Source: Bdellovibrionales bacterium (GTDB lineage Bacteria; Bdellovibrionota; Bdellovibrionia; Bdellovibrionales; UBA1609). From it: a stretch of DNA of 64,000 bases. How positions within the stretch are numbered: position 1 is the stretch's first letter; each line of letters starts with the position of its first letter. The translations under genes and the position numbers were made by a program. The notes below the pieces were generated by a model. That model searched no databases and had not been told where the DNA came from. It saw only the letters and a program-made list of their open reading frames with translations. The stretch covers positions 352,001-416,000 of the forward strand of contig OZ241329.1 of the NCBI GenBank assembly GCA_965199825.1, in the 5' to 3' direction. Shown piece by piece: positions 43,700 through 53,974 of the stretch.

Positions 43700-44253
43700 A
43701 AAATAAAGCGGTGTTTTTAGATCGAGATGGCACAATCATCATCGATAAAATTTATCTGAATGATCCCGATCAAATTGAGTATCTCCCCAATGCTTTTGAA
43801 GGTCTCAGACAATTGCGCGATCAAGGATTTATTTTTTTGATTGGCACCAATCAGTCCGGAGTGCCACGAGGTTTGGTCACGGTCCAAAATCTTGATGAGA
43901 TTCATCGACGGATCAAAGCTGAATTTTCGCGCGAGGGTGTGGATCTTTTAAATTTTTATTCAGCACCCTTTATGACAGACAGTGACCACTTTTTGCGAAA
44001 GCCCAACCCCGGCATGCTGCTCGAGGGCGCAAGTCATTATAATGTCGATCTCCAAGCGAGCTGGATGATTGGCGATCGAATGACCGATGTGCAAGCAGGT
44101 CATGCGGCAGGCTGCCGATCGATTCTCATATACGGGAACGAAAAAGTTTTGCCTCACCATCGAGCCCCCGAGGGGATCGCTCATGATTTATTGGAGTGCG
44201 CGAGCATTATAAAAGATTGGGATATCAAAAACGATTTTGTAAATAGCTTTTGA
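43696..44253 (+). CDS. gmhB: D-glycero-manno-heptose bisphosphate phosphatase-like HAD phosphatase
   Basis: AVFLDRDGT, TNQSG, RKPNPGML, MIGDRMTD. Confidence 0.8.
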   Translation: MKNKAVFLDRDGTIIIDKIYLNDPDQIEYLPNAFEGLRQLRDQGFIFLIGTNQSGVPRGLVTVQNLDEIHRRIKAEFSREGVDLLNFYSAPFMTDSDHFLRKPNPGMLLEGASHYNVDLQASWMIGDRMTDVQAGHAAGCRSILIYGNEKVLPHHRAPEGIAHDLLECASIIKDWDIKNDFVNSF

Positions 44254-44815
44254 GCAAGTACGAGACGCGGTGATTGAGCTTTGAAATCTCCTCGCCACTG
44301 AGCTTGATTGAGTCGTGATCACGAATGGGGCCTCGAAATAAATCGATATTGTCGACATCTTGGGCCAACACCCCTTGTTGCGCCAAAATTTTGATTTCGA
44401 ATTGTAGCCACAAAATGGATAAAGATTTTGAATCTTGCAGCGCTCTTAAGGTGTTGCCCAACAGATCAAACAGATCTTTTGAATTTTCATCACCCTCTTG
44501 AGCCACTTGGCTTACCAGATTTAAAACTTCAAAGGCCATCTCGAGTTTTTCGTAACTGTCGCGCAAGCCCCTGAAGTCCTCGATCAGTGTGGCCTCTTCC
44601 ATCACCTTTAGCTCTTCGTCACGCCCCGACTTCTCCTTATAGCTCACCGATAAATAATGAGTGGGCTCAAGAATTCCACCGCCAAAGCGCTTTCGAGAAG
44701 TCAGAGCCCCTTTGGCTATAAAATGAAGTTTTGTCCCTTTAGAGGTGAGTCCATGCAGAATAAGATCAGATTCACCGTATTTGATTTTTTTAAGGAGAAC
44801 CAGAGTCTCGCGCAT
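44225..44815 (-). CDS. recO: DNA repair protein RecO (short form)
   Basis: YGESDLILHGLT...IAKGALTSRKRFGG.LEP RecO N-terminal signature. Confidence 0.85.
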   Translation of the reverse strand: MRETLVLLKKIKYGESDLILHGLTSKGTKLHFIAKGALTSRKRFGGGILEPTHYLSVSYKEKSGRDEELKVMEEATLIEDFRGLRDSYEKLEMAFEVLNLVSQVAQEGDENSKDLFDLLGNTLRALQDSKSLSILWLQFEIKILAQQGVLAQDVDNIDLFRGPIRDHDSIKLSGEEISKLNHRVSYLLKSYLQNRF

Positions 44816-45791
44816 CAGATGGTGTTAACTCAATTGCAGGCTTTTTTCTGCTTAAATAAAAATAACACCCGACCAAACTCCAAACAAAAAAAGTAATTTG
44901 ATAGGCGGTGATGGCGGTTTGGCCCAAAGAAGTCTCGGAGTGCGAGTGCAATCGAAATAAAAACGAAAACGCCACCTGCCCAACCCCAATACCTGCAGGC
45001 AAGATCGGTATGGCCGAAACAATAAAGCCAATCGGGACCGCAAACAGGTAGGTCTCCACTGGTACATTTGTTTCATTCAAAAAAATACCAACACTATAGA
45101 TAAACAAAATAGCTACGAGCTGCGAAAATAAACTTAAAACCAATACCTTGACCACTGCACCCTTTTGTTCCGAATAGGCATGGACCGTTTCGTACAGTTT
45201 TAAAAATTTTGAGCCCATGGGTAAAATGGTAAGCCACTCGCGGAATCTAAAAAGCTCGGTAAGTCTCCGGGATAAAACGATCACAAAAAATGTGGTCATG
45301 CCCAAAAATAATAGGGTTGCCACAATCCCAATTGCTTGCAGATTCAAATTGTTATGAAGAAGCGAAGTGTCGATTAAAAAAGAGGCCATTGCCATTGCGA
45401 TCATGCAGTAAAGCCCAAGTAGCCGGTCCATGATCACGGTGGTGATGGCATCAATTTTTCTTAAAGGATTTTCTTGAGCCACATAATAGGCCTTGATCAC
45501 ATCGCCGCCCACCGCTCCAGGCAGTGCATAATTAAAAAATAATCCAATCAGTGAAAGCGGATAAGTTGTTTTGAAGTTGGCATCAAAATGACGAGCCTTA
45601 AGCAAAACCAACCATCGCCAATTCGACAAAATAAGATTGGCCCCAGCAAGCAACAAAAAGGTGATCACCACATCGGCGCGACAAAGACTTTTAAGTTCAG
45701 CGGCTTCGATAAATCCTTTTTTTATCAAAAAAAAGATCAATCCAAAGGCCAACGCAAATTTAAAAAATCGAATTCCAGCTTGGTTTGACAA
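44790..45791 (-). CDS. Lysylphosphatidylglycerol-synthase-TM / UPF0104 flippase-like membrane protein
   Basis: RW..LL, IGLFFNYALPGAVGGDVIK, DRLLG, IPILPAGIGV. Confidence 0.85.
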   Translation of the reverse strand: MSNQAGIRFFKFALAFGLIFFLIKKGFIEAAELKSLCRADVVITFLLLAGANLILSNWRWLVLLKARHFDANFKTTYPLSLIGLFFNYALPGAVGGDVIKAYYVAQENPLRKIDAITTVIMDRLLGLYCMIAMAMASFLIDTSLLHNNLNLQAIGIVATLLFLGMTTFFVIVLSRRLTELFRFREWLTILPMGSKFLKLYETVHAYSEQKGAVVKVLVLSLFSQLVAILFIYSVGIFLNETNVPVETYLFAVPIGFIVSAIPILPAGIGVGQVAFSFLFRLHSHSETSLGQTAITAYQITFFVWSLVGCYFYLSRKKPAIELTPSDARDSGSP

Positions 45792-45820
45792 AACTCCCCC
45801 TGTCTCACTTAAGTGGTAAC

Positions 45821-47173
45821 ATGCAAATTGCGATTGTGGGAACTGGCTATGTGGGTCTTATTGCGGGTGTTTGTTTTGCCGAAGTCGGCCACTCGATCAC
45901 TTGCGTTGATTCAGATTTAGCCAAAATCTCGTTGTTACAGAAACGTAAGCCCACATTTTTTGAGCCTGGCTTAGAGGATGCCTTAAAAAATTGTGGACCT
46001 AATCTCAAATTTGTTGAGTCGATCGATCAGGCAGTAAAAGGTGCTGAAGTTCTCTTTATCGCGGTGGGTACTCCAGAATTGCATTCTGGCGAAGCTGATA
46101 TGAGTTTTACCTTTAAAGTTTTAAAAGAAGTTTGTGCCGCTGTAACATCGCCTCTGTTTTTGGTTCTAAAAAGTACAGTTCCCGTTGGGACTGCTCGAGA
46201 GGTCAAAGAGTATTGCCTTAAGCACAGTCGAACCAACATCTCGGTGATCAACAATCCAGAATTTTTGAAACAAGGTGCTGCTCTTAGCGATTTTCGCAAA
46301 CCCGATCGTGTGGTGATTGGTTGTGCGGATTCTCAAAGTCGAGAAATAATGACAAAACTTTATCAGCCGTTCGTCAACGGAACTAATCAGATATTATTTA
46401 TGGACAATATTTCTGCTGAGATGACAAAGTATGCGGCAAATTCTTTTTTGGCGCTCAAAATTAGCTTTATCAATGAGCTTGCTCTTCTTTGCGACAAAAT
46501 GGGTGGCGATATCAACTTGGTGAGAGCTGGATTTACTAGTGATCACCGAATCAATCCTGCTTTTTTTAATCCAGGAATTGGTTATGGTGGCAGTTGTTTT
46601 CCAAAAGATGTTCGGGCTTTGTCGACAACAGCTGAAGAATCTGGCTTCGATTTTAAATTGTTAAAAACTTTGGATCAAGTCAACGAACGCCAAAAAAGGA
46701 TTCTCACCGATCGTATCATTAGCCGCTTTGGCAGTCTAAAAGATGTTAAGATTGCGGTTTGGGGGTTAAGTTTTAAACCCAACACCGATGATGTGCGCCG
46801 TGCCCCTTCGCTTCAGTTAATTGCTGATATGAGAAATCTGGGCGCCAATGTCGTTGCCTATGATCCAGTGGCGGCTAGCAATGCCAAAAAATTTGCCCAG
46901 GTCGATTTTGAACTTGCAGCGAGCCCCCTTGAAGCAACCAAAAATGCTGACGTCTTGGTTGTTGTCACAGAGTGGGCCGAATTCGAAAAAATTCCGCTAA
47001 AAAAGATTGCCGAATCTTTGGGTCGAAAAATCATTTTCGACGGAAGAAATATATTCAATCTAGCTGAATTGCAGAGATATGACTTTGAATACTATGGGAT
47101 TGGTCGCTCGTTGAATTCACTTTTCGAAGCAACGAAAACCATTCATCAAAACTATGAGTCACATCAGGATTAA
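45821..47173 (+). CDS. ugd: UDP-glucose 6-dehydrogenase
   Basis: GTGYVG, KSTVPVGT, NPEFL, GYGGSCFPKD, FKPNTDD; start trimmed to ATG 45821. Confidence 0.93.
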   Translation: MQIAIVGTGYVGLIAGVCFAEVGHSITCVDSDLAKISLLQKRKPTFFEPGLEDALKNCGPNLKFVESIDQAVKGAEVLFIAVGTPELHSGEADMSFTFKVLKEVCAAVTSPLFLVLKSTVPVGTAREVKEYCLKHSRTNISVINNPEFLKQGAALSDFRKPDRVVIGCADSQSREIMTKLYQPFVNGTNQILFMDNISAEMTKYAANSFLALKISFINELALLCDKMGGDINLVRAGFTSDHRINPAFFNPGIGYGGSCFPKDVRALSTTAEESGFDFKLLKTLDQVNERQKRILTDRIISRFGSLKDVKIAVWGLSFKPNTDDVRRAPSLQLIADMRNLGANVVAYDPVAASNAKKFAQVDFELAASPLEATKNADVLVVVTEWAEFEKIPLKKIAESLGRKIIFDGRNIFNLAELQRYDFEYYGIGRSLNSLFEATKTIHQNYESHQD

Positions 47174-47816
47174 TCGCGTCCGGTGGAAATAAAGTGACGA
47201 GATAAAGATAGGTCGATGGGATCTCAACTTTTAGTTGTTGCGCAATTTTTCGGAGCAATTCTGAACTTTGTTTCTTTTGTTCATCAAAGCTTTTGTTTTT
47301 AAGCTCAATCACGCGGATTTGATTTGGACTTTGGATCAATAGGTCAATCTCTTGATCGTGGCGCGTTTTAAGCGGTAGGTCCAAAGAGCGCTTAGCAATA
47401 TAAATTCTTTCACCCGAAAACAATAAGGGCGCGAGAGCTTCAACAAAAAGGCCACGAAAACCTGAGACACTTTTTTTCTTTTTGGTTTCCACTGGATTAA
47501 GGAAATAAGCCAATCGGATTTTGAGAGCTGAAAAATCGATGGTGCGATGAGTTTTGCTATTGAAATCGTCATAAAGCGCCTCAAGGTCACTAAAAATTCT
47601 AACCCATCCCTCAACCGCTTCCTCATAAGGAAGATAATAAAGATTCATTGCCCGATTCAGATAAGTTGAAAAACTACCGGGATAAAGAGATTCAACACTT
47701 CCCGGTTCAGCCGCATAATCTCGCACAAATTTTTGCCCATTGTCTTTTGTAAAAACATCGAGAGAAACGCACGCTTCAAGCTTGAAGATAAAGAGGAGAA
47801 TCAAAATTGCCATCAC
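47055..47816 (-). CDS. Exported hypothetical protein with PD-(D/E)XK nuclease-like motif
   Basis: Hydrophobic N-terminus ending LEA-C; GLFVE...EIDLL...VIELK. Confidence 0.6.
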   Translation of the reverse strand: MMAILILLFIFKLEACVSLDVFTKDNGQKFVRDYAAEPGSVESLYPGSFSTYLNRAMNLYYLPYEEAVEGWVRIFSDLEALYDDFNSKTHRTIDFSALKIRLAYFLNPVETKKKKSVSGFRGLFVEALAPLLFSGERIYIAKRSLDLPLKTRHDQEIDLLIQSPNQIRVIELKNKSFDEQKKQSSELLRKIAQQLKVEIPSTYLYLVTLFPPDAINPDVTHSFDEWFSLLRKVNSTSDQSHSIQSHISAIQLD

Positions 47817-47861
47817 CAGCCACTAGATCCAAAGATTTTAAATTTGTCCACGCTGAATCTT

Positions 47862-47877
47862 TGGCATGTAAATGGCA
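47862..47877 (+). promoter_or_regulatory. Putative sigma54 (-24/-12) promoter
   Basis: TGGCATGTAAATGGCA versus TGGCACG-N4-TTGCW; GG-N10-GC spacing exact. Confidence 0.55.
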
Positions 47878-47888
47878 GAGTGTAACCC

Positions 47889-48473
47889 ATGATTAATTTG
47901 ATATTTATTTTTGTTTCAATTTTTGCATTCGGTCAGATCAAAGAAGTTAAAATCTCACCCACTAAAACGATTTGCACAGATTTGCTGATTAAAAATGGCC
48001 GGGCGAGTGCCGATCCCAAACAGGTTGTGGAACTGCTCAAAGCTTTTTTTCCTAGCGATCAAACTTCATTTCGAACTAAAGACGGTGGCCAAATTGATTT
48101 GAGCTTTACCGACAACTCATTCCAACTTTTTGGGTCTCGCCAAGATTCGGTGAGTACGCGCACCCTGACAGAGCCGGTGTATTTTAAATTTCCCACTGAA
48201 AAATATGGTTCATTCTTTGTTATTCCGGGCCGTACGAAGGTGACGATTATTCGCGCTACACCTGATTATTTAGAATTGACCTGTCAGTATGAAGAAAAGC
48301 TTTATCACACTTACGTTGCTCAACTGATTTTGCGCAAAGAAGGTTCAGATACCCACATCACTTTGGAGACCAAACGAAAAGAGAGTCGCTACTTCGGCAA
48401 AAACCCCCGCTTCCAAAAGTTTTATGAGTGGCGGACAAAGTTTTTGAGTAATCCTCTTAAATTAGTATTTTAG
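47889..48473 (+). CDS. Exported hypothetical protein
   Basis: 194-aa ORF filling the gap; signal-like MINLIFIFVSIFAFG; beta-rich appearance. Confidence 0.7.
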   Translation: MINLIFIFVSIFAFGQIKEVKISPTKTICTDLLIKNGRASADPKQVVELLKAFFPSDQTSFRTKDGGQIDLSFTDNSFQLFGSRQDSVSTRTLTEPVYFKFPTEKYGSFFVIPGRTKVTIIRATPDYLELTCQYEEKLYHTYVAQLILRKEGSDTHITLETKRKESRYFGKNPRFQKFYEWRTKFLSNPLKLVF

Positions 48474-48994
48474 ATTCCGGCTTTGTGTCTTTCGATATCA
48501 TCCACGCGCGAAAGAATCCCACCTTTGAGTTGGGGACGATAAGCGAGATGACGAATATCATACACAAAGTTTGAGCCTTGAAGAGCGGGAGTTTGCCACT
48601 CAGGACCCATTCTCACAGCATCAACAGGGCAAGCCTCTTCGCAATAACCACAGAACACACATCTCAAAATATCGATCTCGTAAGTGACCGGAAATTTTTC
48701 GACGGTGGGATCTTCGTGTTCGCTTGCTTTGATTTTGATACAGTCTGCGGGACAGTTGGTTGCACACAACATGCAAGCGGTGCAACGAAGTGAACCGTCT
48801 TTTTTGACTGTTAAAACATGATTTCCCTTAAAGCGTGGACCGTATTCATACTTTTGCTCAGGATAATTGAGGGTAGGCATTTGTTTTTGATTAAATAAAT
48901 TTTTAATCATTTTTTTAAATGTAAAACCCATGCCTGACAAAATGCCTGGCAAATACCAACTGGACGCAGAATTGGGGCGTCGGACTAAACTCAT
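48470..48994 (-). CDS. nuoI: NADH-quinone oxidoreductase subunit I
   Basis: CTACMLCATNCP and CVFCGYCEEACP 2x[4Fe-4S] motifs. Confidence 0.95.
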   Translation of the reverse strand: MSLVRRPNSASSWYLPGILSGMGFTFKKMIKNLFNQKQMPTLNYPEQKYEYGPRFKGNHVLTVKKDGSLRCTACMLCATNCPADCIKIKASEHEDPTVEKFPVTYEIDILRCVFCGYCEEACPVDAVRMGPEWQTPALQGSNFVYDIRHLAYRPQLKGGILSRVDDIERHKAGI

Positions 48995-50523
48995 AGGGCT
49001 CCTCTTTGGGTCGCAAAGAAATTGCGTTTGCGTTTCATATCTTCAAATCGGCCGACATAGGGCTGGAGTTCTAATCCACTGAGCAATGCGGCTGTTTCGG
49101 AAAGTGTCAGCGAGTTTTTAACCACAATTGTAACCGAATGAACAATCTGTTCGATTCCTTTGTAGTTGATGTATGTGCCGTCTTTTTCAACCATCGTCTT
49201 CATCGGAATCACATAAGTCGAAGCCTTGCGTTCTGCGAGCTGAGGCACTGGATTGGAGGACATCCAAATCAGAGTTTGGGCTGAAGAAAACATCTCAACT
49301 TTTTGGGCAATATCAGTATAAAAACTTTGATTTTCGGGACCGGCAACGATCACCGCTTTATAATTCTTTTTAGCCAGATCGCCCAAATTATTTTTTAGAC
49401 CACGAGCTTCAAGGTATTTTAACAGACCTTTTGTATTGGGATTGCGATCGCCGCGCAACAACAGTCCATCAAAATCATCCATGTGTTCGATGTTGTTGAT
49501 CCAATGATAAACGTTTTTGGATCCCAACTCTTCGGTGAAATAGCCGAGGAAACTATCATACTCCTCGTTGCTATATTGAGCAGTGAGTACCAATGCAATT
49601 TCGTCTTTTGAATATTGCTTGAGCAGCTCGCTCACTTCTTTTACAGCAGCGCCGGGTTCGATAAACTCGGTTTCACCATCACGGCGAATTTCGGCTTTGA
49701 GCAAACGGGCTTCACGATTGACGTGCTTATAAAGGTCGCGACCAATATCACACATCCAGAAGCCATTGACCGCCTGATTTTCACGCGGCTTGATTCGCCA
49801 CAAACCTTCTTCGTTAAAATAAACTTTTGTATTGCAACCGGTTGAACAACTGCCGCAAACACTATCGCCGTTTTTTAGATACCAAACCCGTTGGCGAAAT
49901 CTAAAATCTTTTGAGGTCAATGCACCGACGGGACAGATGTCGACGGTATTGAGTGAATAATTGTTATCGAGAGGTTTTTGATCAAAGGTACCGATCTCTG
50001 AACGATCACCGCGATTAAAAATCCCGAGTTCTTCGGTCTTGCTCACTTCATCGGTAAAGCGCACACAACGCGAACACAAAATACAGCGCTCGGTATCGAG
50101 TACGATGGTTGGACCCAAATCTACAACCTTATGTTTTTTGACTTTGCGCTCGGCCATCTCGGGATCATATTTGCCAAAGGCCATGTACTGATCTTGCAAA
50201 CCGCACTCGCCGGCTTGATCGCAAATGGGGCAATCCAAAGGATGATTGATCAAATGAAAATCAAGACCCCATTGGACGGTCTCTTTTACTTTTTCAGACT
50301 TGTTGGTCACAACCATACCTTCGGTCACACCGGTATTGCAGGCGATTTGCAATCGGGGATTGCCCTCGATATCCACCATACACAACCTGCAAACCCCCGC
50401 GACTGAGAGTCCCTCATGCCAGCAGTAATGGGCAATTTCTTCTCCCGCAAGTTTGAATGCTTTGATAACCGAAGTGCCCGCAGGAACTTCGAGCTCTTTG
50501 CCATTGATCTTACATTTCGGCAT
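48991..50523 (-). CDS. nuoG: NADH-quinone oxidoreductase subunit G (short, 510 aa)
   Basis: C...GVCRLC, HPLDCPICDQAGEC, CILCSRC...CPVGAL, CGSCSTGC...C. Confidence 0.93.
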   Translation of the reverse strand: MPKCKINGKELEVPAGTSVIKAFKLAGEEIAHYCWHEGLSVAGVCRLCMVDIEGNPRLQIACNTGVTEGMVVTNKSEKVKETVQWGLDFHLINHPLDCPICDQAGECGLQDQYMAFGKYDPEMAERKVKKHKVVDLGPTIVLDTERCILCSRCVRFTDEVSKTEELGIFNRGDRSEIGTFDQKPLDNNYSLNTVDICPVGALTSKDFRFRQRVWYLKNGDSVCGSCSTGCNTKVYFNEEGLWRIKPRENQAVNGFWMCDIGRDLYKHVNREARLLKAEIRRDGETEFIEPGAAVKEVSELLKQYSKDEIALVLTAQYSNEEYDSFLGYFTEELGSKNVYHWINNIEHMDDFDGLLLRGDRNPNTKGLLKYLEARGLKNNLGDLAKKNYKAVIVAGPENQSFYTDIAQKVEMFSSAQTLIWMSSNPVPQLAERKASTYVIPMKTMVEKDGTYINYKGIEQIVHSVTIVVKNSLTLSETAALLSGLELQPYVGRFEDMKRKRNFFATQRGAL

Positions 50524-51793
50524 GAACCCCGCCTTTCACTTTTGAGCGTCCTTCGCGAACATAAAACTCAAACTCATCTCGAAATTTATTTACAAAACTC
50601 AATGCCGGCATCGCGGCTGCATCAGAAAGTGCACAAATAGTTCGACCCATCATGTGTTCCGAAACTCGTTTGATCAAATCGATATCTTGGAGGCGCCCCT
50701 GCCCTGTTTGAATCGAGTGGACGATCTTGTCGAGCCAACCCGTTCCTTCGCGGCAAGGTGTGCACTGCCCACATGATTCGTGATGATAAAAATGCATCAA
50801 GACCGCAAGCGAATCGACCATGCAGTTGGAATCATCCATCACAATCACCGCACCTGAACCGAGCATCGATCCCATCTGGGCCAAATTTTCATAATCGAGA
50901 GTGGCTTTCAAAGCTTCTTCGGCATTCAAGATGGGCGCAGAACTTCCACCCGGGATCACCGCTTTGAGTTTACGCCCCGGCTTTAATCCGCCACATAAAT
51001 TAAAGATCAAATCTTTAAGTGGATATCCCAACGGCACTTCGTAATTTCCGGGTTTGACCACATTGCCACTCACCGAAAAAAGTTTGGTGCCTGGCGATTT
51101 TTCGGTTCCATGTTTTCGGTAGGCCGAAGCGCCGTCGCGAATAATATATTTTACCGCTGCCAAAGTTTCGACATTGTTCACAATGGTTGGTTTTTTTAAA
51201 TAGCCTTGGAGCGCCGGAAATGGCGGCTTTAACTTAGGCTGGCCTTTTTTGCCTTCGAGGGAAGAGATCATTCCGGTTTCTTCACCACAAATGTAAGCTC
51301 CTGCTCCACGATAAAAATCCATATCGTGAGTAAATCCTGAATCTAAAATATTTTTTCCTAAGAGACCTGCAGCGTAAGCTTCTTTAAGGGCATTTTCGAT
51401 CGAGCGAATCGAGTCATCATATTCGCCGCGAATATAAATATAAGATTTGGCGCATTTAATCGCAAAGGCCGAAATGATCATTCCTTCGATCAACTGATGC
51501 GGCCCCATCTCCATCATCATTCGATCTTTGAATGTGCCGGGTTCGCCTTCGTCAGCATTGCAAAGTAAAAAGCGCTCTTCGCCGTTTTCGGGCAAGAACC
51601 CCCATTTGACTCCGGTTGGAAATCCAGCGCCACCACGACCGCGCAGTCCAGAGGCTTTGACTTCCTCAAGCACAGCTTTGGGTTGCATCTTGAGTGCTTT
51701 TTTTAAATCTTCGTAGCCACCTTTTTTGCGGTAGCCATCCAAGGTTTTGTATTGAGGATCTTTGTAGTGTTCGGATAAAAGCTGAACTTCCAT
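50510..51793 (-). CDS. nuoF: NADH-quinone oxidoreductase subunit F
   Basis: GRGGAGFPTG, NADEGEPGTFKDR, GAYICGEET, ESCGQCTPCREG. Confidence 0.97.
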   Translation of the reverse strand: MEVQLLSEHYKDPQYKTLDGYRKKGGYEDLKKALKMQPKAVLEEVKASGLRGRGGAGFPTGVKWGFLPENGEERFLLCNADEGEPGTFKDRMMMEMGPHQLIEGMIISAFAIKCAKSYIYIRGEYDDSIRSIENALKEAYAAGLLGKNILDSGFTHDMDFYRGAGAYICGEETGMISSLEGKKGQPKLKPPFPALQGYLKKPTIVNNVETLAAVKYIIRDGASAYRKHGTEKSPGTKLFSVSGNVVKPGNYEVPLGYPLKDLIFNLCGGLKPGRKLKAVIPGGSSAPILNAEEALKATLDYENLAQMGSMLGSGAVIVMDDSNCMVDSLAVLMHFYHHESCGQCTPCREGTGWLDKIVHSIQTGQGRLQDIDLIKRVSEHMMGRTICALSDAAAMPALSFVNKFRDEFEFYVREGRSKVKGGVHAEM

Positions 51794-51795
51794 TC

Positions 51796-52269
51796 TTACT
51801 CCAGATTCTTCAAAAGTGAGAGGGCCGATTCGGGGGTGAGATTTTCATAATATTGATCTCCCACTTGCATCATAGGAGCGGTCCCACAAGACCCCAAGCA
51901 CTCCACTCGAGAAATGGTGTAGCGCCCATCGGCCGAGACTTCGTCGTATTTCACATCGAAGGCTTTGCATAAACTGTCGCCAAGTTCGCGCGCGCCGTTC
52001 ATCGCACACGACAATGTGGTGCAAACCTGAACATGATATTTGCCCACCGGTTTTTTATTGTACATGGTGTAAAACGTGAGGACTTCGTTGATGTGAGCCT
52101 CAGGAATTTCCATCACTTCGGCAAGGGCGCTGACCGATTCGGGCGAGACCCAACCCTTGTTTTCTTTTTGTGCAATATAAAGACAAGGTAAAACGGCTGA
52201 GCGCACGGTCTCGTAGCGCTTCATTTCTTTTTTGATCTCGCTCTTTGAACTTTCAGAAAATTGAAACAT
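51796..52269 (-). CDS. nuoE: NADH-quinone oxidoreductase subunit E
   Basis: TFYTMY, VCTTLSC, ECLGSCGTAP. Confidence 0.96.
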   Translation of the reverse strand: MFQFSESSKSEIKKEMKRYETVRSAVLPCLYIAQKENKGWVSPESVSALAEVMEIPEAHINEVLTFYTMYNKKPVGKYHVQVCTTLSCAMNGARELGDSLCKAFDVKYDEVSADGRYTISRVECLGSCGTAPMMQVGDQYYENLTPESALSLLKNLE

Positions 52270-52285
52270 ACTTTTTTGTCCCTCT

Positions 52286-53974
52286 TTAACGATCTAATTC
52301 GCCAGCAATTAAATTCATCGAACCCAGAATCGAAATCACATCAGACAAAAGTCCCCCAGTGATCTGTTTTGGAAACGACTGATAAATTGCAAAACAAGGT
52401 GGACGCACTTTTAGGCGATAAGGTTTTCCGCTCCCATCACTGATGAGGAAAAAACCAAGCTCGCCATTTGCGGCTTCGGTCGAATCATAGATTTCACCCG
52501 CAGGTGGACGAAGACCCTTGATCACCAACATAAAGTGATTCATCAAGCCTTCGATGTTACCATAGACGTCTTTTTTTTCTGGCAGCACAATGCCCTTATC
52601 GCGAATGGTGTAATCGCCACTGGGCACATTGCGCGCGACTTGCTCGACAATTTTGAGCGACTCACGCATCTCTGCAACTCGCACAAGATAGCGATCGTAA
52701 ACATCGCCATTGGTGCCGATTGGAATATCAAAATCAAGTTGGTCGTAGCCGTAATAGGGATCGGCTTTGCGTAAATCAAGGCTCACACCGGTTGCACGAA
52801 GCAGTGGGCCAGTATATCCCCACTCGATCGCTTCTTGTGCAGTGATTGAGCCCACGTTCTGGGTGCGCTGAATAAAGATTTTGTTATTGGTCAACAGGGT
52901 TTCGAGATCATCGATACCTTGGCGCATCTCTTTACAAAACTGAAGCACATCATCGTACCAACCCTCGGGTGGATTTTGAGCCATCCCGCCGATGCGCGTG
53001 AGCGAGACTGTGAGTCGCGCCCCGCAGAGCTTTTCGAAAAGGGAATACACTTTTTCACGATAACCAAAAAGATGAAAAAATCCTGTGAGGGCTCCAAGAT
53101 CCACCGCGTTTGCACCGATGCACACCAAGTGATCGATCACGCGCGAAAGCTCACACAAAATAATTCGTAGCGCTTGGGCTTTGAGTGGAACTTCGACACC
53201 CAAAAGTTTTTCGACCGTTTTGCAATACCCTACATTGTTGATCGGAGCTGAGCAGTAGTTGAGGCGATCGGTATAAGGAATCACCTGATTGTAGGCATGA
53301 GTCTCGGCCATTTTTTCAAAACAACGATGCAAATATCCAAGCTCAACATTGGCGCGATAGATTTTTTCACCATCCAGCTGACACATCACTCGAAGAGTTC
53401 CATGAGTGGCGGGATGAGAAGGACCAATGTTGATGGGCAAAAGATCTTTACTGGGATCTTCGACAAAATTGGGATCGTTATCGAAATGGATGGGCAAAGC
53501 TTCGTTGCAAGGCTGTTGCAAATCTGCGGGATAATCTTTTCTTAAAGGATGACCCTGAAATTGATGATGGGTCAAAATGCGGCGCATGTTGTGATGCCCC
53601 TCAAAACGCACCCCATACATATCAAAAATTTCGCGCTCAAACCAATCGGCACCCTTCCACACAGTGGTTGCGGTAGGAAGAGTTTCGTTTTCGGCAACAA
53701 AGGTTTGAAGCCGCACGCGCTGAGCTGTTTTTAGAGAAAAAAGTTCGTAGCTAATCTGAAATCGCTTTTCGCGCTCGGGAAAATCGGCACCCGCCACATG
53801 CATTAAAAAATCAAACTGACCCGATTCTTTAAAATGCCGCAGCACCGGCACAACGCTGGTTTTTGGCATTTGGATCACATTGTTGCCGTTGGCATAGAGA
53901 AAAGAAAAATTTTGATTGTGACTCGGAAATCGTGAGCCCAAATCGCCGCGCAAAACTTCGGTATTGTTTTTCAT
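52286..53974 (-). CDS. nuoCD: Fused NADH-quinone oxidoreductase subunit C/D
   Basis: ERE..DMYG and GHPLRKDYP (NuoC) joined to [22 protein letters not shown] (NuoD); start trimmed to the ATGA overlap with the nuoB stop. Confidence 0.95.
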   Translation of the reverse strand: MKNNTEVLRGDLGSRFPSHNQNFSFLYANGNNVIQMPKTSVVPVLRHFKESGQFDFLMHVAGADFPEREKRFQISYELFSLKTAQRVRLQTFVAENETLPTATTVWKGADWFEREIFDMYGVRFEGHHNMRRILTHHQFQGHPLRKDYPADLQQPCNEALPIHFDNDPNFVEDPSKDLLPINIGPSHPATHGTLRVMCQLDGEKIYRANVELGYLHRCFEKMAETHAYNQVIPYTDRLNYCSAPINNVGYCKTVEKLLGVEVPLKAQALRIILCELSRVIDHLVCIGANAVDLGALTGFFHLFGYREKVYSLFEKLCGARLTVSLTRIGGMAQNPPEGWYDDVLQFCKEMRQGIDDLETLLTNNKIFIQRTQNVGSITAQEAIEWGYTGPLLRATGVSLDLRKADPYYGYDQLDFDIPIGTNGDVYDRYLVRVAEMRESLKIVEQVARNVPSGDYTIRDKGIVLPEKKDVYGNIEGLMNHFMLVIKGLRPPAGEIYDSTEAANGELGFFLISDGSGKPYRLKVRPPCFAIYQSFPKQITGGLLSDVISILGSMNLIAGELDR

